DNA of 64,000 nucleotides from a virus (IMGVR_UViG_3300033074_000233:64001-128000), one strand, 5' to 3'. Shown: positions 1 to 9,780, counted from the stretch's first letter. The notes: generated by a model not told the origin, from the sequence alone. Numbers and translations: made by a program.

Positions 1-1080
1 GCAGTTATCCAAATTGCCACCAGAACCGGATATTACATACATTGCAACGTCGATGCGGTTACCTGAGGATGTAATAAAGTTTGGAGTCTGTATGTCAAAA
101 GGAACAGTACCCGTGTATAGGGTTATGTCTGAGTTGATACCTGATATCTGCAGGAAGGACTGCATGTTTGTCAGTACGGAAACTACTCCATAAGGTTCTA
201 TTACCAACGACGTTGATATAGAACTTATAGCAAAGTAGGACCCAAAGGATATAGGCATAGCAGCGGCTGTTGGACACGTAACCCGAATGTTGCCCTGTAC
301 CGCTAGGCTACACTGGATAAACGCACCCTGCTCAAATCCAACTAGAGTCAATGGTTTGGCGGTTCCACCTAAGCCTGGAATAGCGGATAAACCTAGCGCT
401 ACGTTACTGTCTAAGAATAGGAAACAGAAGGTTGCTGACTGAGAGCCTGACTTCTGAAAAGTCCCGTAGATTGCTTTAAGGCCATACTGTGGTAGCGTGG
501 CTCCCGAATACACATACTCAATAGCACGGTTGTAGATGAAGAACGGAAGTGCATACAGGTAATACTTGTACTGAACCGTTATCGGAGTCGTAGCCACACC
601 GCTGCTAAAAAATTGCAGCGTACCATACTGCAGGTCAATCTGTACCTCAGTCGCACTGGCTGGCGCAGTAGTCACAACCGTAAAGCCCGGAACAACAACT
701 GTTCCAGGAACGATAGGATTAGTTCCAGCGGCTGTAAGTGTTACCAGAAGACCATTAGACGGGGTTACACCCTGGTTAGTAACGCCAGACTGTGCCGAAG
801 GAAACACCACGTATTTCGGCAGGGCGTCCGAGTTCACAAAACAAGTGCCGCCAGTTGCTACCCGAATCGTTAGATACGGATAGTATCCTTCAAGTTTAAT
901 TGGCTTAGACAGCACAGTGCCATTGGGTATTTCCAGAATAACGTCAGCAGACGAGGAGAAGGAGTTCTGATCTAGCCAAGTCAGAAATTCTTCTACGGTA
1001 GTTGCTGGATACCCAGAGCCCAAAATAAAAGTCATTGTGCCGCGCTTGGTATAGGGCGCGACCACAGAATAAAGTGCCAT
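1..1080 (-). CDS. Virion structural / tail-fibre-like protein, runs off the window edge (partial)
   Basis: Manually translated 360-codon open frame from ATG at 1080 (MALYSVVAPYTKRGTMTFILGSGYPATTVEEF...), RBS-like GAGGG upstream; T/V/G/P-rich; in structural operon; absent from ORF track because no stop in window. Confidence 0.65.
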   Translation of the reverse strand, partial: MALYSVVAPYTKRGTMTFILGSGYPATTVEEFLTWLDQNSFSSSADVILEIPNGTVLSKPIKLEGYYPYLTIRVATGGTCFVNSDALPKYVVFPSAQSGVTNQGVTPSNGLLVTLTAAGTNPIVPGTVVVPGFTVVTTAPASATEVQIDLQYGTLQFFSSGVATTPITVQYKYYLYALPFFIYNRAIEYVYSGATLPQYGLKAIYGTFQKSGSQSATFCFLFLDSNVALGLSAIPGLGGTAKPLTLVGFEQGAFIQCSLAVQGNIRVTCPTAAAMPISFGSYFAISSISTSLVIEPYGVVSVLTNMQSFLQISGINSDITLYTGTVPFDIQTPNFITSSGNRIDVAMYVISGSGGNLDNC

Positions 1081-1082
1081 GA

Positions 1083-1127
1083 TTAAGCCCTCTGTTGAAT
1101 CCAGAGTTGCAGGGTGCCAGTGAAGTT
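1083..1127 (-). pseudogene. Orphaned original 3' end (NFTGTLQLWIQQRA*) of the 2118..2780 gene, displaced by the endonuclease insertion
   Basis: Reads aac ttc act ggc acc ctg caa ctc tgg att caa cag agg gct taa; 13/14 aa identical to the current C-terminus NFTGTLQLWIAQRA*. Confidence 0.9.
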
Positions 1128-2139
1128 ACGCATTTCCATATCTCCTATTTTGTGCTTTTCTCATGTTATTTTTCCAAGAGTCGGAGAATACCGGACGACT
1201 CTTTCCAGTCTTGGAAGCAGAAATAGCAGCACAGTGTTCTGACGAATAAGGTCCTCTCTTTATGCCCTTCTTGGCTAAACTTAGTTTTCTCTTATGCTCC
1301 TCAGAGAGTTTCTTACCTGAGTGTGCTTTCCTTAGTTTATTTTTAGTCTTGTCAGAACAGGTTCGACCTATATTTGACTCCGATATTTTAGTTCTATGCT
1401 CAGCGGAAAGTTTTTTGCCTCTTTTCGACTCGGAAATTTTGTCTTTAATTTCCTGAGACATAGGTGCGCGTTCTTTCGCTTTCTGACTTAGTTTTCTACG
1501 ATGCTCGGAACTGAAGGTGTGACCCGTTAAACCGCCACCACCTTCTACCTTATTAAGTAACGGACCTGTACCTGATACTTTCTTTCCAATACAGGCTACA
1601 AGTTTTCTTTCTAGGCTCAAGGCTTCACGATCAGTAAGATCGCTTTGGATTATCTTGTATACTGGTGTTAGCCCTGCAGACTGTATTTTAGTTAGGAGTT
1701 TATTCAGTGGATAGTTTTCTTTCCTAGATTCATGGTGTTGCAGCCTATTTCCAGAACCTTTACCAATATAGATAGGTTTATTTGGAAATATCCAAGTTAC
1801 GTTGTCTGTATCCTTATATAGGAATGGACCTATTTTTCTCGGGTCCTGTACTATGTAGGTATAGAAGTGAGTCAACGGATACTTCTTATGCTTTATGGTT
1901 TCTAGTCTGGACGCTAGATCATCCGCGTTGTCTTCTGAGAGTAGTCCTTTAATGACTCGTATACCCAAATTTTGGTAGCCAACTTGGATGAACCTGTTCT
2001 TGGATTTTCTTACGTCCTTTAGTTTTCCAGAGAAAAACCTAAGAGGCTTGTGCTTAAGAAGGTGCTCGTCAACAGCGTATTTGCCAGGATTAGACAGGTC
2101 AACTACGCACCAAACAATTAGGCTCTTTGTGCTATCCAT
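1126..2139 (-). mobile_element. Free-standing GIY-YIG homing endonuclease with NUMOD3-type repeats
   Basis: FYTY...PIYIGKG.GNR, EALSLE, LLN.VEGG motifs; C-terminal SxEH(K/R)xK(L/I)S repeats; AT-richer than flanks. Confidence 0.9.
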
Positions 2140-2780
2140 AACTGCAAAGTTCCTGTAAAATTTTGGGAGGTAACAACGTCATTCAGGTACATGATGTACG
2201 CGCCGTTCGGATTAGGCGTACCTGCTACATCGCATATACGGAACTTCTGGCCAGCAGCATTACTCGGCGCGGTGACTTGGTCGTTGGTCAGTGCAAACAG
2301 AGCAACGTCCTCTACCTGTACTTTGGCCAGATCAGTGACCGTGTAGCCAATAGGTGCGATGCGCGATAGCATCGGGAACGTGACCAAGTGGCGTGGAATA
2401 GTGTAGTCCAAGGCATCCCCCGAGTTCGCAAGTCTGATGATTGTTACTGTGGAAGTTTTCGTTCCAGGATTATACAGAGTGAGTGATCCAACCTGTGTCG
2501 TGGTAACGAACATAGTCTGGTTGGTCATTGTCACAGGCGCGTTGGCTTCTATCTGCGTTGTAATCGTGATTGGGTATTTGCTATATAGAGCCACACCTAC
2601 TGTACCAACGATTTCGGAAACAATCATCGTGGAGTCAGGTGGAACGGAAAGAGTACGCTCGGCAATCATGCCAAGGTCTTCGGTAATGGCTGAACGAACT
2701 GCGAGCAAGTTCCTGCGTAGTTTTTCGTCCGCAGAGTATATACGCAGGTCAAGTGCCAGTGTCTTGGCGTTGGTAGTCAT
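2118..2780 (-). CDS. Putative virion structural protein
   Basis: 220 aa, T/V-rich, in head-neck operon. Confidence 0.6.
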   Translation of the reverse strand: MTTNAKTLALDLRIYSADEKLRRNLLAVRSAITEDLGMIAERTLSVPPDSTMIVSEIVGTVGVALYSKYPITITTQIEANAPVTMTNQTMFVTTTQVGSLTLYNPGTKTSTVTIIRLANSGDALDYTIPRHLVTFPMLSRIAPIGYTVTDLAKVQVEDVALFALTNDQVTAPSNAAGQKFRICDVAGTPNPNGAYIMYLNDVVTSQNFTGTLQLWIAQRA

Positions 2781-2783
2781 CTT

Positions 2784-3599
2784 CTATTCCTCTTCGGCGG
2801 AATCATCAAGGGTTTTTATCTCAAGGATAATTTTTTCCGTCTTAGTAGTCAAGTACGGATCGTCGTTTGGAATCTCAACGTAATTCGGTTCACGGCCAAG
2901 TTCCTGTTGTCTACTTATAGTCTCTCCAATGGTTTCACCCGGAGAAACAAGCACAGGACCAATTACGATGTTGCGGAAGATCGGATATTTTTCAACGTCT
3001 ACTATGGCTTTGTTCTCGGAGAAGTAACCTTTAATCTTGATGGTGCCTAGCATTTCGTAGTTGTTCGGAATATCTATCGTGTTGTCCTTTTCAGGTGTTG
3101 CCAGACTGGTATCTAGTTCAACCTGAATGGAAATAGCCACACCATCATACTTGACGTTGAAGTTCATATTCTTTCTTACTGCGGCAAACATCCAAGCATT
3201 AACGAAAGACATGGATTGCCAGAAATCGTTTGTGAGGAAAGACACCTCACACATCATGTTCACAGGAATAATTATGTGGCGATTATACGTGGTGAGGCTG
3301 TCGTTTGCCGATCCGTAAGTTCCCATACGCAGCATTGACTTGGCATTATATGAATCATTGCCCTGTGGTATTTCTACGCTGGTCATCCTCAGAAACAAAT
3401 ATGGGTACTGAAAAGTACCTGATTGTTCCTGAATCTGTTTCAGGATATGCCATTTGTCTGAGGTAGAAATGAACTTAGGTGTTATTGCGGAATTTGTACT
3501 TCCAGCATCCGTTGCCTCGGTATCAACCGTGGAACTAAATGCTTTGGCCAAATACTGTAATGCGCCTTGGAGAATTATTCTTTCGAGCGTCAAGTTCAC
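2784..3599 (-). CDS. Putative neck / tail-terminator (T4 gp15-like) protein
   Basis: YPYLFLR, PVNMMCEVSF, GTIKIKGY pattern; downstream of capsid genes. Confidence 0.5.
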   Translation of the reverse strand: MNLTLERIILQGALQYLAKAFSSTVDTEATDAGSTNSAITPKFISTSDKWHILKQIQEQSGTFQYPYLFLRMTSVEIPQGNDSYNAKSMLRMGTYGSANDSLTTYNRHIIIPVNMMCEVSFLTNDFWQSMSFVNAWMFAAVRKNMNFNVKYDGVAISIQVELDTSLATPEKDNTIDIPNNYEMLGTIKIKGYFSENKAIVDVEKYPIFRNIVIGPVLVSPGETIGETISRQQELGREPNYVEIPNDDPYLTTKTEKIILEIKTLDDSAEEE

Positions 3600-3632
3600 G
3601 GTTCACACCTCGTTTATATCAGTGCTGAAATG

Positions 3633-3639
3633 AAATTAG
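3633..3639 (-). promoter_or_regulatory. CTAATTT motif, putative late promoter
   Basis: Also at 7955-7961(-), 13616-13622(+), 25626-25632(+), 25665-25671(-), 34734-34740(+), mostly upstream of structural genes. Confidence 0.55.
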
Positions 3640-3661
3640 TGTGACCAGCGAGCCGACGACC

Positions 3662-3697
3662 AAAAAAAGGCCCGCAAGCAATTAAGCCTACGGGCCT
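3662..3697 (-). terminator. Rho-independent terminator after capsid operon
   Basis: AGGCCCGTAGGC-TTAATT-GCTTGCGGGCC followed by T7 on the minus strand. Confidence 0.85.
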
Positions 3698-3725
3698 CAA
3701 AGTCCCACTCCAGGTGGGCGCGGTA

Positions 3726-4406
3726 TTACTTCTTACCTTTCGGTTTTCCTTTCGACTTATCCTTCGAAGGCTTGGCGGCAGGTTTTGCTGCTTTGCCTTT
3801 TGCGGCAGTCTCAGTCTTACCGGAAAGGATACGAAGATTTGCTTGAGCACGAATCTTGCGGCGAGCAATCAGCGAAGCCTCTTCATCGGCTTTCTTGAAG
3901 TCTTCGGCATCAATATCACCGTCGCCATCAACATCACCTTCAAATTCGTCTTCGTCCGATGCAGATTGAGCAGCAACGGCCGCTCTGCGCTGCGCGCGTT
4001 TCGTGGCAGACGCAAGCGCCTTGGCCATTACTTCGCCGTCGTCCTCTTCAACTTCCTCGTCATCAACCGTCATTTCGAGGTCTTCCTCGTCGATTTCGTC
4101 TGTTGCTTCCTCTTCTTCGAGGTCTGCATCCAGGTCGTCATCGTCAAGTTCGTCCGCGTCGGCTTCCTCAACTTCCTCATCTTCGTCTTCCTCTTCCCAG
4201 CCTTCTGCGTTGGCTGCGTTGAGAGTTTCGATGGTGTCGTCAAAGTCGTCCTGTTCGGACGCCAGTTGCATGTGTTTGGCTGCTTCCTTGAACTTGATCG
4301 TGGCCTCTTCTGGCTTTTTCGACTGTACGAGAGCAGAACCCTCTTTGTGTCGTAGGGAAGCCATCAGAAGGTGGTCAAGCGCACGGAGAGTTACTTTAGT
4401 TCCCAT
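3726..4406 (-). CDS. Acidic (D/E-rich) head-associated protein with basic tail
   Basis: 226 aa directly after MCP; long D/E tract, K-rich C-terminus. Confidence 0.6.
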   Translation of the reverse strand: MGTKVTLRALDHLLMASLRHKEGSALVQSKKPEEATIKFKEAAKHMQLASEQDDFDDTIETLNAANAEGWEEEDEDEEVEEADADELDDDDLDADLEEEEATDEIDEEDLEMTVDDEEVEEDDGEVMAKALASATKRAQRRAAVAAQSASDEDEFEGDVDGDGDIDAEDFKKADEEASLIARRKIRAQANLRILSGKTETAAKGKAAKPAAKPSKDKSKGKPKGKK

Positions 4407-4492
4407 GGCTTAGCCCTCTGGTAGTTTTGGTTAGCAAAGTGGAGAGTGCCTTTGATATTATCGCCAGCACTCACACTTTACAATACGCCGTA

Positions 4493-5578
4493 TTAGATAC
4501 GACGCGCCTTGGCTACCGAGCGGGAGTTGGCAATGACCATCGAGATCAGCTCGGTCATCCACCAGCCCTTACCAGGAACCTGTTCAATCGAACCATCAAT
4601 CGGGGTGCTGGAAACGCCACCACGATCAGTGTAGATACCGTGGTTAACGGAATCCGAGATGATGAACATTTCGCCCTGGTTCAGGACTTTGTGCTGCGGG
4701 TGACGGAACGCGTCGGTGTAAACGGTCATGCCCAGGATCGTACCCAGTTGACCAGTCAGCAACAGTTCGTGCTTGCTAACCGGGTCGATGATGGCAGCGA
4801 ACTGCGCGTCACCAACAATGTCGCCCCAGATATCGGTAGCGATCAGGTAAGACGAGGCAGCCAGGTTCCAGCGGGTTACCAGAGTCTTGAGCGCAACAAG
4901 TGCGGACGGGTTCATCGTGCCCACGATAGTCGTGAACTCGTTGGACACGCCAACAGTGTTGGTAGCAAGACGGTACCACAGACGGTCTTCTGCAACCATC
5001 ACACCTTCTTGGGCTTCTACGAACTTCTCTTCCAGAACATCACCAACAGACTGCTGGATTTCACGCTCCTCGATGAACGGACGAGCGTTGATGTAAAACT
5101 CCGGCGGGAAGTACATATTGTCACGGACGATCTGCGAGAACGTCTTGGTCGGTGCACCAGCAACGGTTGCAACACCGTTCTTGAGGCGCATCTTGACGTA
5201 CGGACGCTGACCTTGCGACAGTTCCTGGCGAGCCAGGAAGCGACGCATGAAACCTTCACGGTTCGCAGCGATGTACAGTTCGTCGGCCAGGGTAGCACCG
5301 AGTTCCTTGTGGGCATCGCCGCTGTTGAAGGCAGCAGTCAGCATTTGCTGGTGAACCTTAGCCTTCTCTTGACGACGCTCGGCTTCGGTTTCGGTGATGA
5401 CGGACGAGGTCTCAGCGGCAGCCAGCAAACGAGTGATCTGGCCAAGCAGATCCTTGTTGCTGTTCGCGTTGACTTCGCCATTGCGACCAATGGCGCGGGA
5501 TTCACCCTTGCCTAGGCGCAGTTCAGTTGCAACTACCGGCTGTTTGAACGAAACGCCAGTCATGTTCGGCTTTTTCAT
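4493..5578 (-). CDS. Major capsid protein (HK97 fold)
   Basis: 361 aa; pattern EDRLW...GQLGTILGMTVYTD...GWWMTELISMVIANSRSV; follows scaffold and decoration genes; high-expression codon bias; GGAG RBS. Confidence 0.85.
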   Translation of the reverse strand: MKKPNMTGVSFKQPVVATELRLGKGESRAIGRNGEVNANSNKDLLGQITRLLAAAETSSVITETEAERRQEKAKVHQQMLTAAFNSGDAHKELGATLADELYIAANREGFMRRFLARQELSQGQRPYVKMRLKNGVATVAGAPTKTFSQIVRDNMYFPPEFYINARPFIEEREIQQSVGDVLEEKFVEAQEGVMVAEDRLWYRLATNTVGVSNEFTTIVGTMNPSALVALKTLVTRWNLAASSYLIATDIWGDIVGDAQFAAIIDPVSKHELLLTGQLGTILGMTVYTDAFRHPQHKVLNQGEMFIISDSVNHGIYTDRGGVSSTPIDGSIEQVPGKGWWMTELISMVIANSRSVAKARRI

Positions 5579-5606
5579 GGTTTAGACTCCTGTTATCTCA
5601 GCCGGG

Positions 5607-6314
5607 TTAGATATCAAACACGAGGGCAGGAGTGGTCGTGCTCACGCCCGGTACTTCGATGATAACTGCGTTAGGAACCGCAGTTGCACCGCCGATCGTG
5701 TACAGACCATTCGCAGTCACCGTAAGAGCACCACCAGCCGACCAGTCTACACTGGTATCGAACTCAGTGGTAGCAATGCGGCCCTTACGGATGACACCCA
5801 TGGTGCCAAGCGTCAGGTTCGCAGCGCCGCCCGGCGGAATGTCACCTTGTACCGACAGAGCCTCGACCGTGGTCGGGCTGTAGCGATACGAAAGTGCCAG
5901 GGTCTTGCCTGCGCCGTGATGAGCGTAAGCAAGCGTCAGGACGTTGCCAGTCAGGTTGTACTCGTTGGCTGCGGCCGGAACCGGAACCGAAACGGTGATG
6001 GCCTGAGCCGTGGTGTTGTCGTAGAAACGGATGTTGCCAGTCGGGGTACGAGCCAGCGTGATGCTGAACGTAGCCGGTGCCGGAGCAATGGTCGGCGAAA
6101 CAACGCTTTCCATCATCGGCAGGTACAGCAGGGTCAGTTGCTGAGCCATCGAAGCACCGTAGTACTGGCCAGCACCAACAAGGCTCGGCTTAACGCCGAA
6201 AACGCCACCGGTGTAGTCAGAAACAAGGGCTTGACCTTCAGCAGTTACCGTGAAGCCGATTTGCACCGGAACTTCAACGGACTCAACGATACGAGTCTTA
6301 TCGAATAGCAGCAT
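5607..6314 (-). CDS. Capsid decoration / cement protein
   Basis: 235 aa G/T/V/A-rich, between scaffold and MCP. Confidence 0.65.
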   Translation of the reverse strand: MLLFDKTRIVESVEVPVQIGFTVTAEGQALVSDYTGGVFGVKPSLVGAGQYYGASMAQQLTLLYLPMMESVVSPTIAPAPATFSITLARTPTGNIRFYDNTTAQAITVSVPVPAAANEYNLTGNVLTLAYAHHGAGKTLALSYRYSPTTVEALSVQGDIPPGGAANLTLGTMGVIRKGRIATTEFDTSVDWSAGGALTVTANGLYTIGGATAVPNAVIIEVPGVSTTTPALVFDI

Positions 6315-6328
6315 GATTGCTTCTCCTA

Positions 6329-7882
6329 TTAAAAGATGCGGCCGCCGTTGCGACTACGAAGGTCGACAACGGTAGAACGGATGTCCGAAACTGCCAGGCT
6401 GGAAGTCTCTTGGGTTTTGCCACCACGACGAAGGCCTGCACCTTCGAGGCGAGCCTCGGTAGGTACGGTCTCGTCCATGTCCACTTCGTCACCAGCATCT
6501 ACTACGGTGGTCGGCTGGTAGTTCATGTCGCCAATCGAAGTCGCAAGTTCATTGCGGAATTCAACGGATTTCGACAGAAGTTCCTGAGCCTTCTCGAACA
6601 GAGACTTGTGATACGGGTCATTGTACTGGGCAAAGACCTTGTCAACTACACGGGAGGCACCTTTGAAACCAGATGCAGCCAGTTCGTTTTTGAAGGCTTC
6701 TTTCAGCACATGTGGTGAACCCTTGAACCATCCTTTGTTCAAACCAGCAGCAACGATGCCAACTGCTTGGCGGAAGTCGTCGCTTACATCCTTAATCTTG
6801 GATGCAATTTCACGCTGCGCTTTTTCGACGCCAGCAGTAACACGCTCATTGACCAACTCCGGAACAGGGAACTTTACAGCAGCCAGTTGGAAATTGTAGT
6901 GAGCAAGTGCCTTTTCTGCGCCTACTTTACGAACAGTGTGCTTGATGGCGTTTGCAAACGCGGTGGTTGCGAATACGCCTTCATTTTGACCCGCATTAGC
7001 GCGAGTCAGGTGACCTACCGGAATGCCGCCTACGAAGGCAACAATACGATCACCATAGCGTTCAATCGACAGGTCACCCTGAACGATTGCCGCAAGACAG
7101 GACTCCTCGAAGTCCACTTCTTCATCTTCACCGACCGCGTCATCTGCATCGTCTTCCGCGCTTTCTGCGGATTCGTCTGCATCTTCACTGTCATCGGCCG
7201 TGGCCAGCATGATTGGTTCAGTAGCCGGCTTCGGCTCCTCAACTGCTACAACAGGTGCATCAGCAGGCTTGACGTTATCGACAGGTGCAGCCGGTGCCTT
7301 AACATCGGTTTCTGCAGCCTTAGGAGCAGCGTCGGTCGCAGCGGCTGCGGCCTCAACTTCTTCCGTTTCGTCTTCTTCGTCATTGATGGTCAGATCAACG
7401 TCGTCCATTTCCTCGTCAGTCAGATCGTCGCCATCGGCAGACAATTCAACATCTTCAAGGTTTTCTTCAACGTCTTCGCCCTCAGTCGGGGGCATGTATT
7501 CGATTTCTGTGCCACAGGTGACACAGTGCATCTTTGTACCCAAGGCAGAGGCAGTTTCGAGAGTTACGATGTTGTGCGTTCCGCAAGAGGAACACTCCAC
7601 ATTCGCAAGATTCTCGTCGTCACCAATGTCCTCAGGAGAAAGAGCACCTTCACCGTCTTCAACGTCAACCTCATCCGAGCCACAAGTGACGCAGAACGGT
7701 TGGCTACCTGCAAGGGCAGAGAATTGCGTAGTGCAACCCTCACACTTAAATGCAGACAGGACCGTATCTTTGTTCACTTCTGGTGCGGCAGCGGCAATAA
7801 CGTAGAAGCCGGCGCCTTTCTCGTCAGAAGCGGCGTTAAGAACGCTCGCCTTGACTAGATGTGCCTTCTTCGCCTTCGCCAT
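6329..7882 (-). CDS. Putative prohead scaffold/core protein with four CxxC motifs
   Basis: CEGC, CVTC, CSSC, CVTC; acidic linker; helical C-half; position upstream of MCP. Confidence 0.6.
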   Translation of the reverse strand: MAKAKKAHLVKASVLNAASDEKGAGFYVIAAAAPEVNKDTVLSAFKCEGCTTQFSALAGSQPFCVTCGSDEVDVEDGEGALSPEDIGDDENLANVECSSCGTHNIVTLETASALGTKMHCVTCGTEIEYMPPTEGEDVEENLEDVELSADGDDLTDEEMDDVDLTINDEEDETEEVEAAAAATDAAPKAAETDVKAPAAPVDNVKPADAPVVAVEEPKPATEPIMLATADDSEDADESAESAEDDADDAVGEDEEVDFEESCLAAIVQGDLSIERYGDRIVAFVGGIPVGHLTRANAGQNEGVFATTAFANAIKHTVRKVGAEKALAHYNFQLAAVKFPVPELVNERVTAGVEKAQREIASKIKDVSDDFRQAVGIVAAGLNKGWFKGSPHVLKEAFKNELAASGFKGASRVVDKVFAQYNDPYHKSLFEKAQELLSKSVEFRNELATSIGDMNYQPTTVVDAGDEVDMDETVPTEARLEGAGLRRGGKTQETSSLAVSDIRSTVVDLRSRNGGRIF

Positions 7883-8274
7883 TTGCGTCTCCGAAGTCCC
7901 AAGTTGTGAAATGTACGCCCTCAGCGACTTTCGCCGTTGTGTGCGTGCAAACTAAAATTAGTATGCACAAGATTAAATTACATTCGAGTGCCTACACAGA
8001 CCTACCGCCGGCCTATAGGACACTATTAAATGGATACCACTAGGATTAAGCCTGAGGCAGTGCGTTAGTCTCTACTTGAACTACAAAGTATCTACTTCCA
8101 TACTCTAAGTTATTGATTTAGATACAATTATCACTCGCCAGGCTATTTAATACCTAAATATGTAAATAGCAGCACTGGGAAGAGTAATGATATGTTCCAG
8201 ACGGTAGTCCTGAAAGGGTACTGCATACCAGTGCCACATTAGACTATTGGCTATACGGACACACGGAGTAACAG

Positions 8275-8499
8275 ATGGAAGTATTGAAGTTCATTGGATT
8301 GGTACTAGCCACTTGTCTGCTCTGGCTATGTATACTGGCTGTCAGTATTGGAGTGCCTATGGGTATTGTATATGTGGGCTATATACTGTTTATTGGTACT
8401 GACTCTGTTTGGGTTAAGATGGCTATTGTTGCCGGGTGTACCTTTCCATTAGTAGAGATTGTTCCTTTCATTACCTCGATCTTGTTCAAGAAGGCCTGA
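8275..8499 (+). CDS. Small hydrophobic membrane protein
   Basis: 74 aa almost wholly hydrophobic; GGAG RBS. Confidence 0.55.
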   Translation: MEVLKFIGLVLATCLLWLCILAVSIGVPMGIVYVGYILFIGTDSVWVKMAIVAGCTFPLVEIVPFITSILFKKA

Positions 8500-8508
8500 T
8501 TACACGGT

Positions 8509-9471
8509 ATGAAAAAGGTTAAGATTAAGTACCTAGAAAATGACAGCGGTGAAAAGAAGAAGATGACCATGACTGTACACACGGTAGTGCGGTCTGAATA
8601 CTCTGCAGGTAAGGGCCGGGTGTTTAAGGTTAATGACAAGATAAAGATGCGTGATGTGGCATGTGTCAGTAGTGGACGTAGGTTCATTAAACAAGGATGT
8701 GCTTTGCTGGCCGAGACTGGGAGTCAGGTTTGGTACACCACGTTTACTTACGCTAAGAAGGTTAATAGTGGACGTGTGGCCTGTGAGGACTTGAAGTGGC
8801 TTAAGGAACAAGCCTGTGTGGATAAGGGTGACAGGTTCATTGGAGTAATTGAACTAAGTGAGGATGGCGATCTGCACCTGCATTGTCTGAGCAGCAAGGA
8901 GATTGGTACTGAGGCTATTTGGAATAAAGGACTCGTGCACAGCCGGGTTCGGTACTACAACGCCGAGCGGGCTGGCAAGTACATGGCCAAGCAGTATGGC
9001 AATGGTAAGGAGTACACGGTCAGTTATAGGGGTGTGACCAAGACCTTCAAGGGAATGGAAGGGTTCAGAAAGTTGTGGAAGAATCTGCCATTTGCTATTA
9101 TGGACAGCGTGACCAATTCCTTGGTTAAGGATACAAGTAAGACCCAGAAGGCTGAGATAACCGAAGAGCAAGTAGAGATTGGTGAGGGAGAGTTGTTCGC
9201 TGTGATAAAGGCTGATCTGGCCTGTTTGGGTAAGTATGAACTTGAGGCTCTGGACGTTAAAGGGTTCAGGCTACGTTTGAATAACCTGCAACTCAATCGT
9301 GGGCGTAACGGTACGCTCTACGCCAACAACAACGCTGCCAAGAGCAGCCCGCTGGTACAGTGGATGATCCAGAACAAGAAAGACGTTCTGGTGGCCACTT
9401 TTCTTAAGGCCAAGGAGAGGCTTCTGCTCGATTACGAAAACAACCTGAATACGAAGAACAAAGTGCTCTAA
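8509..9471 (+). CDS. HUH-superfamily rolling-circle Rep-like endonuclease
   Basis: Motif I WYTTFTY, motif II IE...LHLHCL, motif III YMAK in canonical order. Confidence 0.8.
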   Translation: MKKVKIKYLENDSGEKKKMTMTVHTVVRSEYSAGKGRVFKVNDKIKMRDVACVSSGRRFIKQGCALLAETGSQVWYTTFTYAKKVNSGRVACEDLKWLKEQACVDKGDRFIGVIELSEDGDLHLHCLSSKEIGTEAIWNKGLVHSRVRYYNAERAGKYMAKQYGNGKEYTVSYRGVTKTFKGMEGFRKLWKNLPFAIMDSVTNSLVKDTSKTQKAEITEEQVEIGEGELFAVIKADLACLGKYELEALDVKGFRLRLNNLQLNRGRNGTLYANNNAAKSSPLVQWMIQNKKDVLVATFLKAKERLLLDYENNLNTKNKVL

Positions 9472-9593
9472 TGGGCTGGAAATCGTGCAGTCCTAGGCGA
9501 GTTTTAGGGCTGTCGGTGTCTCTATCACATAGACGCTCTAAAAACCCTGTTTTCCTGCATGGTTTGTCTATGTAGGTGTGGGTCGTATATAGC

Positions 9594-9606
9594 ATCAAAA
9601 GTTTGC
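9594..9606 (+). repeat. Dispersed (A)TCAAAAGTTTG(C) motif
   Basis: Copies at 9594, 9753, 13546, 18399, 23235 (+) and 10957, 19706 (-). Confidence 0.8.
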
Positions 9607-9692
9607 TATAAAGGCTAGTTTGTGAGGTGGCGTGTTTTACGACGTATTCTGAGGGTCGTGAAAATAGGCGTTTTCTCATGTAAAAACGCGCC

Positions 9693-9721
9693 TTGTGAGG
9701 GTCGTTAGAATGTGCTATAAT
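9693..9721 (+). promoter_or_regulatory. Host sigma70-type early promoter
   Basis: TTGTGA-17 bp-TATAAT with extended -10 TG. Confidence 0.75.
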
Positions 9722-9780
9722 AGCAGCGTAAGTGGGCCATGCTAGAACAGCGATCAAAAGTTTGCGTAAAGGAGCAAGAT

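Noticed and set aside
1126-2162. Group I intron around the GIY-YIG gene
   Set aside because: The ORF overlaps both duplicated ends, leaving no room for a ribozyme core, and the host gene is complete without splicing
3714-7858. Long plus-strand ORFs opposite the capsid genes (e.g. 4427..5515, 6767..7858)
   Set aside because: Antisense shadows of codon-biased genes; no motifs
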